Shown: positions 38,338-52,108 of the stretch, piece after piece | Numbering within the stretch: the stretch's first letter is position 1 | Layout of the letters: each line of letters starts with the position of its first letter | Assembly: GCA_047495785.1 (NCBI GenBank) | Contig: JBLDXI010000042.1 | Coordinates: 3,348,001-3,412,000 of the forward strand | Direction of reading: 5' to 3' | Length of the DNA stretch: 64,000 nt | DNA from: Lepidodermella squamata | Lineage: Eukaryota > Animalia > Gastrotricha | Notes under the pieces: model-generated | The model's database searches: none | Told to the model about the DNA's origin: nothing | Seen by the model: the letters and a program-made list of their open reading frames with translations, nothing else | Made by a program: the position numbers and the translations under genes

Positions 38338-41300
38338 TCCGATAAGAACACGCAATAATAAAACGTCTAATAAATATTTGTGAGAAATCAAGTTGTGATG
38401 AGAAGTCAAAATTTGTCAAGTGGTTGGAGACGGTTTTTTTTAAACATGTTATATATCTAGAGCTCTTTATTGAGTGTCTCACGCTCTCTCGTCTCGAAAT
38501 GATAATGAAAAACAATAATAGTAAAGCGCGCTTGAAAAAATAGTCAGCAGCCGCTGGCCGGGGGTAAGAAGTGTTTGCTTTGAAAACGTTTCAATATTAT
38601 TTTTAAAATAATTTGCCACTTGCCAACTTTAAAATAATACTAAAACATTAGCTGTAACAAATGACAAATAATGCGTAACAAGTGGCGGCTCGCACGAGCC
38701 GCGCAAAATATATGCGCGCGCGCTAATATATTACTACTACACTGGGCATGAAATCTTTTTTACCGTACCAAAACTAGTAGCGCGCCAGGTGAAAATTGTG
38801 TTGCCTGAATTTTTGTCGTGTTTACGCAAAATAAAGCATTTTTCTTCTTGCTCGTCGTCATCTCTTCAGCAGTAGTAGCAGTGATAAAAGAGAGCGCGCG
38901 CGAGTCGTCGGAACGTACAAAATGATGACAGTTGACAAATGACAATGCTGCCGATGAAAAAGTGATGAAAAACGGTTTTTCAACGCAACAACGTTTTCAT
39001 CGCGATGAGAGACTGTTCGAGTGTTGGCACTAGTCGTGTGATGTTACAAAATTTTTACAGCAGAATATATATACATATATGCGAGCCAGAGACCGAAACA
39101 CACCGTTAAACATAACAAACAGACAATACCTACAAGAAACACACACAACTAAAAACAAAACAGCAAACAAGTAGCGAAACCGGTGTCGAGATTTCGGGTT
39201 TTCTGCGGTTGTGGCAACTGCGCGCGCGTATCACATTTTTGAGCGCGCGCAACTGGTGACAAATTAGCGCGACGGCCATCAAAAGCGCTCGACCGCGCGT
39301 TATTACTATTATTAGCCGTGTTTTACGAGTTAAAACCGCATGCGAAACCAGGTAGATATTAACGTTTTCCCACTCGCAGTAATAATAATAATAATAATTT
39401 GAATAATTTTAGAGGCCCCGGTCGCGGAGTTTGAGGCTAATGATGATGATGATGTTAAACAGCAATAAACAGCGATATGGTGTTTGTATACAGGCCTTGG
39501 CCTTCAAGTTAATGTTGGAAACTTCCCACGACTTGTTGATGCCATTTCACACATTTATTTTACTAAAAATGCTAATATCCCGAGTTAATTAGGTCGTTGA
39601 ATGTTGTTTATTGCTAAACAACCCGAGTAAAAGCGTTTAAAATAAATTTTCAAAAATTTTATAAGGAGGATTAGAGGTGCGAGAGGCGATATTTTATACC
39701 TGTGGAGTGGAAGATGATGATTTAATAAGAAATTCAATTCCATCGGCGATAATTGCCGCCTTATGTTCGATTGGCTGTTGTTAAAGCACATGGCCGAGCT
39801 AGTTAGTTGGGCGGGTGGCGCGCTGCTGCGGATCTACGCGCCCGGTTATTTGGTGCGGACGGCGAGCGAGTGAGTGCGCGCGCGCTAGTGTCGCGCTCTA
39901 CTACGACTTTGATTGACGGTGGCGCGCAGCAGGCGAGCGCGCGATTGCGGGCCGATATTTTGTTGCGCGATGCGTATTGTCTAACGAAAAAGCCAGCATA
40001 GATAAATAGACGTAACCAGCGAGCGCAAACGGCTCGGTGTAACATCGCTGTTTCACACGTGTTAAAACTCGCTAGGTAAGTAAGTGTAGATCGAAAGCAG
40101 AGACGGGTGTTTGAATTTCTGCGATTGTATACAAATTGAAAAACTCGAAATCACACCTCGCCACCAGACGAGCGAAGAGCCGGCTCAAGAGGTTATACAA
40201 CAGACAAAATACACAGGAACTATATACATCAGGTGCGCCACTCGAAAAACGGTTATCGAGTTTAGGTACGCGCAAATATATTGAACTTGACTCTCGAGAC
40301 GCGAGAATGGCTAATAAAAATCAAGTGACAATCAACACGTCCGGGTAGGGGGTACGTAAGGTAAAACCGTCATTAGCCAATAAGGAAACGAGTTCATGTC
40401 CTCATGGCTATCATCTAATTCTATTTTGCAATATTGTTGTTACAGGTAAAGGCGCGTTCTCATAACTTCTTCATAAGGGTGTTATCACAACAGGTTATCT
40501 AATGGGGCGAGACAAGTAAAAATTTTCTCGTACGATAGAATAAGTAGTCTAGAAAATGATTTAACGAAAGCGAAATTTAGAAGGGAAATTCAAAAAAAAT
40601 ATTCTGTACTCAAATATCATAGGCAGTTTATTGCGGTCTTCTTCAAAATTTAATCAGCTGTGAGCCGCCAGAAATTTTAACGTTGAACATAACAAACTAA
40701 GCTGTCCCATCCCCAGTATTCTAGCCAGTTGCCGATGATTCCCTTTGGCTATAAATTGAAATGGAAATTATATTTAAGACAGTGCAATAATTTAGGATTA
40801 ATTGCTTAGGTAATTAACTACTCGTGACAGAGTGGATAATTAGGCAATGAAATTGAAGAAATTATAATACACCTGTGAGATATCAGTTCAGTATAACGAG
40901 GAGCGTATCAGGGTTTGTTATTATTATTACAGGCGCGCGCTCTCGTTACAATGGTGGGATTGTTGACGTTTTATTGACGTGACATTATCATTATCATCAT
41001 CCTTGTTCAGGTGTTATCTAAACAAACTTGTCTGGCGTTCCGCAGCAGTCAGCTTTCAGTCAGTGAAGAAAGTAAACACACCACCTCGTCGCCGTCTCAT
41101 TGTCATCTATTTTTATTTATTTATTTTTCCAAGATTTCAGCCCCTTTGCATAGGTATAAGTTGAACAAGGACAAGGCGATGATAGAGAACAGAGGGCTTG
41201 TTAATAAAAATATTTTATTATTGTTTAGCCTCACATTATACCATCTAAAACCGGCTATTATTAGCGCCGATTTGTTGTCGCGCTGCCGTTTGACTCTCAG

Positions 41301-42900
41301 CGTCAATGACACGTTACGTGTTAACAATATTTTGTACCTTGTGTTGTTCAATTTCAAGAAAAACAGAGACAACAGCGCCTCGCCTCGAGCGTGTGCGCTA
41401 AACCTATTAGCCATGCGATACTATTCACCTGTGACCGAGAAAACAACCTGTGTGTTATTTTTGTTTTGTTATGTAACACTGCAAGCGCGCTATACACGTT
41501 GATATTATTTAATTATTGTAATTTGTCAAAACTCTCACTCGTATTATATTTAGCTGCGCGCTTAGGCCGACAGTTTTAAATGCGCGACCTCTGAGTGGGC
41601 TTCAATTGTTGCAATTGTTTTCAGACTCTAAAAAGCCTACGGTTAGGCGGTGAAAAGCTGTCGCTCCTGCCCTTCGGAGTGACAATTTTTCGAAATTCCG
41701 TAACTTGACCGAATAAAATTTGCCGATGCCAGTGGACAGTAGAAGCAGGCTTCTGAGGAACTCTTGCAAAAATATGAGAATTTTCTATTCTGGAAGCAAT
41801 TTTGAGAGCTATTACCTATTACATTTATGAAAATTCGCTGTAGCTCAGGCAAAGGGATATATTCGGGATAAATTCGGGGGTCCTGTTACGAGCCCGGCGC
41901 ATTGCCACCCCTGAATTATAAAGCCAGGAGATTTTTTTAAATTTATTGTGAATTTTCCTGCGAAATTACTGCTTGCAAAAAATCTTTAACCAAAATGTAT
42001 AGGACAGACTGTATATTGTTAATAGATGAAAAATTACGGCTAGCAATTTTCCTGTTGGAAAAATCCTGATTCCTCTTATCAGATCACCTGCGCATTTCAG
42101 AAGAATGAATCTGATAGCGAAATTGAGTCCAGGTGAAATTTGAATCGATTAAATTCGGAAATGCTGCGTCGAGATGATTATCCGGCATGCTCCCTCCCAG
42201 TTGTTCCGTGGTGAATTGAAAAAAAATTCCGGCAATCAGAACGGTTCGCGATGTGAGAGACAGAATATGAACGTTTTTTTATCATTTGCCATCTTAAAAA
42301 ATGAAGTTTGCTGACCTGGCACTTCTCATCCACTCTTCGCACAACAATGAGCTACGGCTCAAAAAATCAGGCGAGAGTCCTCTTTCCAACGGTTGTCAGC
42401 TCGAGGAAAAGTTCCACAAATTGGCGAAATGACAAGCAAAAAACTTTAACCAACATTTATGGGACAGACTGTAAACTGGAATAGCCAAAATGCGTAAAAG
42501 CAATTGTGGGAGAATCGCGAAAATTATGGGATATCGTGAACTCATTACTGAACATCATTATAAATTCTGTATCAAATTATTCCAGTCAGTTCCAAGTCCC
42601 CAATTGAAAGACCCAGCCTCTAGCCCTAACCTAACCCTAACCAGTTATATTACCGAATAAAATGGTTAGGCATTGAATTAAATGAAATTTGGTACCGCAG
42701 TAAGATTTTCCCAAATAAATATTATTGCATCGCAAAACTAGTTTTTTTTTAACAGGACAAGCAGGATTTCAAAGATTATTATTTATTTCCACTGCCTTTA
42801 AATCGTTGTACAATAAACATGCAAAACAGGAATTTCTTAATTGGGTACGTTTTTAAAAAGTTGTGCAAATCTACCCTAAAAATTAAGAACACATTGAGAA

Positions 42901-43984
42901 TTACATGAATGCAGACGATGAACGGGAAATGTCAGTCGCCGTCGCGATGGTGGACAAGCTAGCTTTTTGAGCAACTTCATCTTTCGTCGGACTAGAGTTG
43001 GTCGCATAACTCGCCTCAAACTGCCTGCTCTGCTGCTGATGCTGGATAAAAATGTTTGCGTTTGACGGCCCAGCAGTCGCTGATCTAGGACTAGCATCAT
43101 CATTAAAAAACTCCGGGTAAACAGTCGATCTGGGCGATGTAACGGTTACGTACGGCTGAAAGTTGTCGTTGCTATGCAGGTTCGGAATGCTGATAGTGTA
43201 GTAGTAGCTCTGCATATCGCTCGTTGAGGCTATCATCGGCGTATTTGCTAAATCCAAACTGCTCCTCTGCTGCATGCTGTAGGCTTCCTCGCGGCTCTGC
43301 GTGAGGCTCTTGATGGCATACATTGAAGACTTATTGCTTCGGTTCAATCCAGGCGCGTACTCTGTAGGAGCGGGTGAAGACTGTTTCGAGAGTTGTTGTG
43401 ATTTTCGAATCGCATCGATCTAAAGTAAAAAATCGGAGTGAGTTGAAAAGCTAGGAAATTAAATGAGATAATTACCACATCATCGTATTGTCTCGATTTT
43501 GCTCGGCTCGATGGATGGCGAGAGAAAAATCGACGGAAATTTTCCCGAAAAGTAGCAGGTTTCGCTTGTTCGTCTTTCCCGGCTTTGCTTGGAACGCCGA
43601 GGGCTAGCATCATGTCCTGGCGTCGTTTTCTCAATTCCTCCAGCACTGTTGCATGGTACTCATGGGGATCATCATCATCCTAAAAAATGGAAAATAAATT
43701 AATAATAGGGAATTTCATGTTTCGGTGAACGAAAATATGTAGGTACCTACCGCAAAAGTAAAGTGAACCATGGCAACAATGGCTATTCCATAGGCGACAA
43801 GAATGACCAAGACGTATAAAAATGGCCCGAGTGTCCCTATGTAATCTTCCAAATCCATAGGTTCAGCGCCATTTGTTAGATTTCCTTTGCTTGCCGATGT
43901 TTCGTTGTTGAAGGTTGCGCAAACCTTGCAAATTGCAGCGAGCGAATTGAGCGGGATATGCTTCGACTTTTTGCCACTCCCCAT
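42901..43984 (-). CDS. Single-pass membrane protein (about 318 aa) with KCNE-like topology
   Basis: Exons 43984-43751, 43679-43476, 43419-42901 splice in frame. N-glycosylation sequons NET and NLT precede one hydrophobic helix (FLYVLVILVAYGIAIVAMVHFTF), followed by DDDDPHEY and a Ser/Thr-rich tail. Confidence 0.7.
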
Positions 43985-44570
43985 CTTCTTGCTTTGAAAA
44001 CAGCCGAAAAATGACGGGAAATATTTTCCTCTTCTGCTCGTAAATAATTAGGAGGGATTTTGTGTGGTCGGATAAAGCTACACTAGGAATCGATTACAAT
44101 TTTAATCTAAAAATTGATTACTATCATCGACTCTCACGCGTCTCAAAATGCCTTACTAGGTATTCCCGCAATTAATTACGATTATATCGTCATGAGAAAT
44201 CGACCCGCTGCACTTTTCGAGGTAATATTTCCGAACATTCCTATCTTTTCGATTATCGATAAAAGACGAAGTAGTGGTGTTCCTCTTTATTTCTCTCAAT
44301 TTTTCAAGGCCTATCGTCCACGAAAAACTATCGATAACGCTTTGATAGTTTCATTTTACTTCATAACATTACAAAAAGGTTCAATCAGCGCTAAATTGGC
44401 AGGTAGGTATGCTTTTCATAGAACTGCGTCTCAGGAACAGAAAATTTCAATTTTCGAAGACTGAAATCGCACACAGGTGGGTTATTTTGCGTGTTCCGGG
44501 TGTGATTAGACTGTTCAATAGTATTTTTGACGACAACTTATAACGTTATTATATAATGAGACAACAGCAT

Positions 44571-44957
44571 TCAGTGCTTCGCGTGCTTCCAGGTGGTCGG
44601 GCCGAATTTCGCCTTGTAATTGGCGGGGAGGTCAGGGACAACTTCCAAACCCTGAAATTAATCATAATTTCATGGAAAATAATGCAAAAAATTAAGGTGG
44701 AACTTACGGTGGTGTGATATTCATCGCCTGCGATCTTCCTATCGCGAAGAAATAGGGTGAAAGACCGCTGATAGTGATCAAAGCTCCAGTTTTTCGGCAT
44801 GGGCTGTAGAAAACTCATAATTAAACAATTAATATTAAATTTTTCAAATAATTACGTGTCCATTGAAGAAAAACTTGTTGATGTAATGCTGGGCCCAAAT
44901 AGGGACGTACAAACCGGCTCCGACGAGCGCGAGCGATGGCAAAATTTCATACCACAT
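44571..44957 (-). CDS. NDUFA1: NADH:ubiquinone oxidoreductase subunit A1 (MWFE), 92 aa; not recovered as a whole by the ORF track
   Basis: Exons 44957-44856, 44803-44708, 44651-44571: MWYEILPSLALVGAGLYVPIWAQHYINKFFFNGH|PMPKNWSFDHYQRSFTLFLRDRKIAGDEYHTT|GLEVVPDLPANYKAKFGPTTWKHAKH. Matches MWFEILP..RDRRISG..GLE. Confidence 0.88.
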
Positions 44958-45087
44958 TGTGTCTCAATAACGATAAAAACACTAGATAAATCAAGGAAAA
45001 ATGCTTGAAAAAAATGCGAAAAATTATTGAGGTTCCACGCAACAATAAATCTCAAAAATAGGACTAAAATTTTTGGAAGACAGTTCG

Positions 45088-47121
45088 TCACTGAGCAATT
45101 TTCGCTTGCTCATCATCCGGCTGCTGCAATTTGACTTTCCTTAGCAACGTCAAAACAGCTGCGGGGGTTATACCAGCTATCCGCCTCGCAGCTGCAATAG
45201 TTTTCGGCCTAGCAGCAGTTAATTTCACACGACAATCAGTCGAAACTTTCAGTTGAGAATAATCGAAATTTTCCGGGATTCTAACAATCTCATCACGCCG
45301 TAGCTCTTCGATTTCTTCCATTTGCCGTTCCAGGGGTAGTGAATAAATTGCTTCGATTTTCAGTTTTTCACACAATTTACGCCAATCCACGTCATCGGGC
45401 TTGAAATTTGAGGGAAATCGATCAGGAATAGCGCGTAACATTTCGTCAAGCTCAACATTTTCCAAAGCCAGGACTTCAAACGCACTTTTCGGGGCGTTGT
45501 TAGTCGAAACGAATACCGTATTTCCAAATGCGGATTTCAACGTTTGCTTCCAGACGCCAAAGTTCATCTTGATATCCTTCAAAATATCGATCGAATCGTG
45601 AACTCGTTTGTAAAAAGAACGAGTTCGAGCTAGCCTTTCTGCTCCGATGAAACCAGCCTCGTGAAATTTGAGGGTTAACCGCTCATCAGCGTTATCAGGT
45701 CTCAAGAAAAATCGGTATTCCGACCTACTTGTGAACATTCGATACGGTTCCATCGTTCCTTGTGTTGTCAAATCGTCAATCAAAACTCCGATGTAGCCAT
45801 CAGTTCGACTGATTTGAATCGGGTCACGATTTTTCGCCTTCAAACCAGCGTTAATTCCAGCAACAATGCCTTGAGCAGCAGCTTCTTCATACCCAGTCGT
45901 TCCATTGATCTGACCAGCAAGGAACAGCCCTGAAACAGCTTTTGTTTCTAATGAACTGTGCAGTTGATCTGGCATTATATAATCGTATTCAACACCGTAA
46001 CCAGGCCGGACTATCACGACTTTCTCCAGGCCGGTAATCGTCCTAAACATTTGAGTTTGAAACTCCTCCGGTAGTGTATTTGACATTCCTTGAGGGTATA
46101 TCAAGTTCGAGTCGAAGCCCTCCGGTTCCAGCCAAATTTGATGGGATCGATTGGGGAATCTAAGCACTTTCGCCTCGATTGATGGGCAAAATCGTGGTCC
46201 GTTTATGTCTTCTCGGACATGAGTTGTCAAATGAAGGTTACTTTTTATAATTTTATCGACCTGAGGTCCTGTATAGGCCATGTGACAAGGCATTTGTCGT
46301 TTCGGGTCGATCCAAACTGATGAGTGCATGAAAGAAAACGGAGAGGGTTGGTCATCGCCATGCATTTTTTGAAGTCGGCTGAAATCTATAGTTCTGCCAT
46401 CCAAACGAGGTGGAGTGCCAGTCTTGAGGCGACCGATTTTGAAGCCCAATTCATGCAAAGTATTGGCTAGCCCTATGGCAGGTGCATCGCCAACTCGACC
46501 AGCTGGTTTTCTCGTAAGACCAATATACATTTCACCACGCAAGAAAGTTCCCGTGGTTATCACAACTGCCTTGGATCGAATTTCAGTGCCAGATGATAGC
46601 TTAACGCCGAGGCACTTGGTCCCAGAATTTGATCGTTCAATCATGAGATCTTCCACACTTGCCTCAACCATGCTCAGATTTTCCGTTTTCGACAACTCGG
46701 CTTGGATGGCGCGCTTATAAAGAACACGATCAATTTGAGCACGATGGCCCCAGACTGCAGGACCTTTTCGTTTGTTCAAGACCTTGTATTGGACACCAGT
46801 ATAATCGCATATTTTAGCACAAACGCCGTCAAGAGCATCAACTTCTTTCATCAGATGGCCTTTGCCGATTCCACCGAATGACGGATTGCAAGACATTTCG
46901 CCAACAGTCGAAAGTTTTTGAGAAACCAAGCACGTCCGCAAACCCATTCTGGCGGCGGCTGTCGCTGCTTCTGTGCCAGCATGGCCACCTCCAACAACAG
47001 CAACGTCACATTCGATGAAAGGTAACGGCGGTTGAGCTTGAGAGCTGCAACGCCGTAACAGATACAAATATTCCCTTGTTGGATAATTTGACAGGCAATA
47101 TTTGAGATGACTCAAAATCAT
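45088..47121 (-). CDS. MTO1: Mitochondrial tRNA modification protein MTO1 (GidA/MnmG family), intronless
   Basis: 677-aa ORF with N-terminal targeting-like extension, [51 protein letters not shown] and [13 protein letters not shown]. Confidence 0.97.
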   Translation of the reverse strand: MILSHLKYCLSNYPTREYLYLLRRCSSQAQPPLPFIECDVAVVGGGHAGTEAATAAARMGLRTCLVSQKLSTVGEMSCNPSFGGIGKGHLMKEVDALDGVCAKICDYTGVQYKVLNKRKGPAVWGHRAQIDRVLYKRAIQAELSKTENLSMVEASVEDLMIERSNSGTKCLGVKLSSGTEIRSKAVVITTGTFLRGEMYIGLTRKPAGRVGDAPAIGLANTLHELGFKIGRLKTGTPPRLDGRTIDFSRLQKMHGDDQPSPFSFMHSSVWIDPKRQMPCHMAYTGPQVDKIIKSNLHLTTHVREDINGPRFCPSIEAKVLRFPNRSHQIWLEPEGFDSNLIYPQGMSNTLPEEFQTQMFRTITGLEKVVIVRPGYGVEYDYIMPDQLHSSLETKAVSGLFLAGQINGTTGYEEAAAQGIVAGINAGLKAKNRDPIQISRTDGYIGVLIDDLTTQGTMEPYRMFTSRSEYRFFLRPDNADERLTLKFHEAGFIGAERLARTRSFYKRVHDSIDILKDIKMNFGVWKQTLKSAFGNTVFVSTNNAPKSAFEVLALENVELDEMLRAIPDRFPSNFKPDDVDWRKLCEKLKIEAIYSLPLERQMEEIEELRRDEIVRIPENFDYSQLKVSTDCRVKLTAARPKTIAAARRIAGITPAAVLTLLRKVKLQQPDDEQAKIAQ

Positions 47122-48258
47122 CTAAAAATTGAGGAACATCAAAGTTTAATATACTAAGCCACGATACACCAGCTAACCTAGACAAGCGATTGCGGCGTTG
47201 CCTTGAGCACCGGTAAATTCAAATAGCTTCCAACATAATGGCCCATTTGGGTACTCTACTATCGAGCAAACAATTTCCCTCTTCATAAATATCATCCAAA
47301 GAAGAGATAATAAATCATCTGAGGTCGCATTTCAAAGTAAGCCACAAGTTGTCTAGGTCATAAGTGTTTTTGCGGCTAGTAGATAATGTTTTTTCTTTGA
47401 AGAGGGCTGTGGAATGGGGGAGAGGGTGTTGATTATGAAAATGAGTTCTAAGCCGCTAATCTACCACTCACCAAGGACAGCAGACAGCACTGATTGCCGG
47501 AGATTCGAGGTTCGGATCAGCCACTCCGATTCCGATGATCGGTCGGCGAAACTAGAAAACAAGCAGAAGTGCAACAACTCTAGCCACCCTCTCTTCGCCG
47601 CATTCAAATAATTACATTAAATATTTTTAATAGTCATAAAATCTTATTGAATACTTAGATTGAAAATGTAAAATAACAATTGTTGAAATGATTAGTTGAA
47701 AAATGGATGAAATTGCGCGGGGCTTTTTGAAACGAGAGACATCCGATGATGTCCCACGGCGGTCTTGAAAAACTTTTTCCAGCATATGATTGACTTGATA
47801 GCGTTTACATATCTTTCAATAGCTTACTTCACTGAATTTTTAGATGTAAAGAAGTAGAACGAATTCGCTATGGTTGCGAAAATGGCGGCTTGGAAAGTTT
47901 GTTAGGTAGGATATAGCGCATCATTTTTTACGGCTTTTCCGCGGCTTTAAAAGGTCCCCTGGGCTGTTTCAAGTTTTATTTAGGTACATTTTGCTATTTC
48001 CTACCAAATTCGATTATAGTTTACATTCTGTTTACATTCAAATGAGCATTATACCCATTTTTATCTGTTTTTCCTCAATCTTGACGCTTTTGACGAAGTT
48101 TTCGTGGCTTTACATTGTCTCGTTTGTTCCTAGTCATATCATGGCATACTTATGGTGCTATGCGGCACTATGCGGTTACTTTTCCTTAATTTTCCTTTGC
48201 AAGTCTTGTCGAGACACTTCGTTTAACTATTGCTTTTATTCGCGTTTCTAGGTTTTAT

Positions 48259-48618
48259 CCAAGTCAATCTTTAATAGCTAGAATGTTTGACCGTCGACAA
48301 GGTCGGACTATCATTCTGAATTCCTGCCGCAGTTGGTCAAGCATAATGCTTCACAGCCGTGGTTACCATGAAAGCGATGGAATCCTCTCACAGCTTTTGC
48401 TCTGTCGTGGAAATGTCGAAACCGATGTATGCCAAGTCAATCCTCAATAACTTGAATGACCGTCGACAAGGGCGGGAAAGAGCGGGCTGTCATTTTTAAT
48501 TCCAGCCGCAGTTGGTCAAGCATAATGCTCCTCGGCCGTCATAATGACCGCGGTTAACATGGAAAGCAAAGCGAGGGAATCCGCCAACAGCTTTTGCTCT
48601 GTCATAGAAATGTCGTTG
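48259..48618. repeat. Diverged two-copy tandem repeat (about 170-190 bp unit)
   Basis: CCAAGTCAATC..TGACCGTCGACAAGG..GCCGCAGTTGGTCAAGCATAATGCT..ACAGCTTTTGCTCTGTC..AAATGTCG occurs twice in series. Confidence 0.85.
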
Positions 48619-49832
48619 AGAATTTCTCAGCAATATCCCCAACGTTGATATGGATTGTTTTAGGTAGCCAGATACTGGCTGTTTTTGAGATATAGCTATT
48701 TTGATATGATTGTTTATGAATATATGGGCATTTTTGCGCAGTGAGGGGGTTATTGCAAATGATATTGTCTTGGTTTCCAAGCTTTTCTATTGATTCTACA
48801 TTAATAATGATTGTAATTTGTAACTTTGTAATAATCTGATTCGAATTTAATGCATCGGTTGTTTTTCGAATTCCGTTTTTTATTCATGATATACCTATCT
48901 TGTTTGGAATTTTTTGTGACGTGCTGTGGGAGAAATAAATTCATTCATTATTTTATATTTGAATGTTATCTTGGAATTGACCGGAAGACTTTGTTGAAGT
49001 TTAAATTTGAGTCGAAGTTACAGAGGCATGTTCCTGATCGATTAAACTTTCTGATGAAGTTGCTGAGCCGCATAACACAATTTTTTTTATAAAGGGAACA
49101 AAAGTGCTTCACAACACGGGTGAACAACGTTTCAACCACTATGAAGCACCCAAAACACAGAATTTGATTGGCGTCCTTTACACGTGTGCCACTCAGAATT
49201 TTTTCGCGTGAGTCTCACTGCGGTATTCAATTCACTATACTTGTTGCTTTCATGCCGAAAATCCCAGGTTGACGGTAAACCGCCAGAAATTTATTCCACC
49301 CATAACCAACCGGCAACAGGCCAGTCAACCCAACCTGTTTGCACCTCTGCTTCCAGGTAATTTATCACTCACCATGATATGAAGGGGCAAAGGTCAATTA
49401 ATGGAAACGGCTCTTAGACTTTATGAGAGCGGACAACTGTGAATTCGGCAAGTCAGAACAGAGAAATCAGCATTCAATAAAAGTTCGACAACAATGCCAA
49501 TGTTTGTATTCATGTGTTTGGTATTAATATTATTAACGGCGGTGACTGCAATAGGTGACTGCAACCGATAACCTGGTCTTAGTCGGAGTTGCTATCGGAG
49601 CAAAAGTTGTGGAGGCTGTCGAAGAACTTGCAATGGGCGCACAAGTAGTTGAGGCCGTAGATGGACTCGGCGCAATGGAAGATGTTGGCGTTGTTGTTGC
49701 TGACATGACAAAAGTTGGGTTGTTGTGGTTTGTTGTTGAAACAAACAGAAGATACCAAAAAAGATATCAACAGATTAAAGATATCACAACGCTATTAAGT
49801 CATTTATATGCTGGAAAAAGATAGATCAAAAC

Positions 49833-50241
49833 GAAAAATACTTTAACCCGCAGCAAATTCATACTCTTTTCCGCAGCAAATTTCTTTATTTTCTTTCCAG
49901 CATCTCCAATTTTTCTCCAAATCTAGGGATTCTCACTTATTCCGATAGAAGAGGATTAGGGCTGTTGAAAAAGCCCTAACTCATTAATAAAAGATTGACT
50001 AATTTGGGGATATGATGGAAAGTCCGAAGTCATCATACTTTTGTCTCACAAATCACACTATTGGTGAAACTTGAAAAGGGTTCGTTTGGCAACATTAGTG
50101 CCAATCGATAGCCCTCGAACCCCGCTATCAACTGGCGTCGTGATTAGCTTCTTATCAAACGTAACCTGGCGTCCATGATTGAATAAATGGAAATTTGCTG
50201 CGGAAAAGAGCGAAAATTTGCTGCGGCCAAAAGTACCGTCC
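49833..50241. mobile_element. Non-autonomous Mutator-like (MULE) element
   Basis: 9-bp TSD GATCAAAAC at 49824-49832 and 50242-50250, G..C termini, and imperfect TIRs of about 55 bp containing doubled CCGCAGCAAATT. Confidence 0.82.
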
Positions 50242-51945
50242 GATCAAAACGCCATGCGACTTCGCCGGGTTAGACAGCGGTGATTTGGGCGAAGTCCCGC
50301 ATGACGGTTTAAATTAATAAACATGAGGGCTGTCACTCTCAATACTAGCTGCCCCCAGTTACACATAACAAGTTTGAAATAGCAGTTAATAAGCAGTTAC
50401 CAGGACCGTGGAACATGAAATTGATGGAACCCGGCGACATCTTCTCGGTATCAATTAACCTAGGGTTAGTAGAATTTTATCAAAATGTAAGACGGAAGTA
50501 ATAATCACGTAATTTTCACAGATCAATTCCCGTGAACGAGTATCCCGCAGCTTTGAAAAATATTCTTGACAGATTCTATTTCACATCACCGCCGAAGAAA
50601 CTGTAACATCACCATTTGGCATTCAGTCGGCGGCGAGAACAGCCGCGACGAATAACGAGGATACCGCATCAGCAACACCGGGCAGCCAGTTGTAGGCAGA
50701 TACTAGCAAGCAAGCAAGCAAGCAATGTTTTATTCGATCAAAACAAATTAACTAGCACCGGCCACGGGTGGGCTTTGGGCGCGTCCTGGAATATTTTCGA
50801 ATCAACACAATAAATACAGACAAAATGGGCAGGTCCCCGGAGGGGGACTGCTGTTAGGCGGAAGCCGACCCCCCGTTTTTCTCTGTTTGTGGTGGGCGAC
50901 TGCGGCAGATGCTCGTTTTCTGCGTTCATCTTTTTGAATTCTTTGCAAAAATTAGTTGCCAAGAAATATTTGGAAAAAATGTATTTTTTCTGGACAATTA
51001 GTTGCTGTGATATAGCGTCGTCTTCCTCGTGACTCTTCTTCGCCGTCTTCCAGCATTCATGGCGAAAGACGTCTGCTAGTCGTTCGCCGTTTGTCATGTC
51101 TCCTCAGTCTGGCTTTTTGCTTAGGTGTACTCTTTCACTAATCCGCCCTTTTCTTGTTATCAATTCCTTCCTATCCCTCATCTGGTATATACAGACTGTA
51201 ATCCCTGCGCATCAAGTTCATAGTTGAGTCTCTTGGAATTCATCTTTATTACTCCATGCTTTCATGAGAACCTCTCTCGGTGATCCTCTCGTATTCATTC
51301 ACTCTCCGTTACAAAGCGTTATTGAGAAGAGCTTAGTGAGCTATTCTTACTCCGAACTCATGAATGCTAGATTTCAGATGATCCAGATAGAATCTAGGAA
51401 GCATACTCTAATGCCACTTAGAACCCAAGGTTTCGCTGACCTACGCTACCCATGCCTACTAAGATTTAGCTAAATGATAGCTGCTCCTTAAGGAGTCTAT
51501 TCTCAGAGTCGCTCTGTTTTTACTTACTCCTTTGTCAACCTGGATACTCACGCTGCGCTATCATTCTGTATTCTGTGGAATTCTGTGGAATTGTGGAATG
51601 ATCAGTGATCAGTGACAAGTGATTTTAAGTTTGATTTCGAAAATATTTATCTGAAGAGATCTTGGAGTATCATCCGGGAGTATCTAACCATAGTAAGCAT
51701 CTAAACTGAGCAATTACACGCTCCTCCGAGATGGAGCTACACGGAGAAGTCTTCGCAAATTGAACAATCATAGACATCAGATAAATCAAAATCAAATTTG
51801 ATTATCTGATCTCTAGGCAAATAATATTCACAATAGCCACATTCCAATTAATAGGTATTAAAATATTCAATATATATGAGTATCAATAATATCATACTCA
51901 TACTCTTCAGACTCGTAGTCTCTTTGCTACTCTTGTACACTCTTA

Positions 51946-52108
51946 CAGTGAAAGTTGTCTAAACCGGACTCGGGTCGCGCCAGGCAAAATGGTCCGGTTT
52001 AGACCAAGTCCGGTTTAGATTAAAATTATAATGTAAAGTCCACACTTTTGGATTGAGCCACCCGAAAACGTCCGGTTTAGACCGGACCGGCTCAGACAAC
52101 TTTTACTG
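51946..52108. mobile_element. Minimal 163-bp copy of the 26672-27858 MITE family, opposite orientation
   Basis: TA-CAGTGAAAGTTGTCTAAACCGGA..ACAACTTTTACTG-TA. Shares GCGCCAGGCAAAAT and AATGTAAAGT blocks with the reverse complement of the larger copy. Confidence 0.88.

Noticed and set aside
42624-42642. CCCTAACCTAACCCTAACC telomere-like repeat
   Set aside because: Only about three imperfect units, internal, and probably part of a decayed repeat element.
49530-49824. Overlapping short ORFs (Thr/Ser-rich on minus, Val-rich on plus)
   Set aside because: Low complexity, no convincing gene structure, and adjacent to a MULE insertion.
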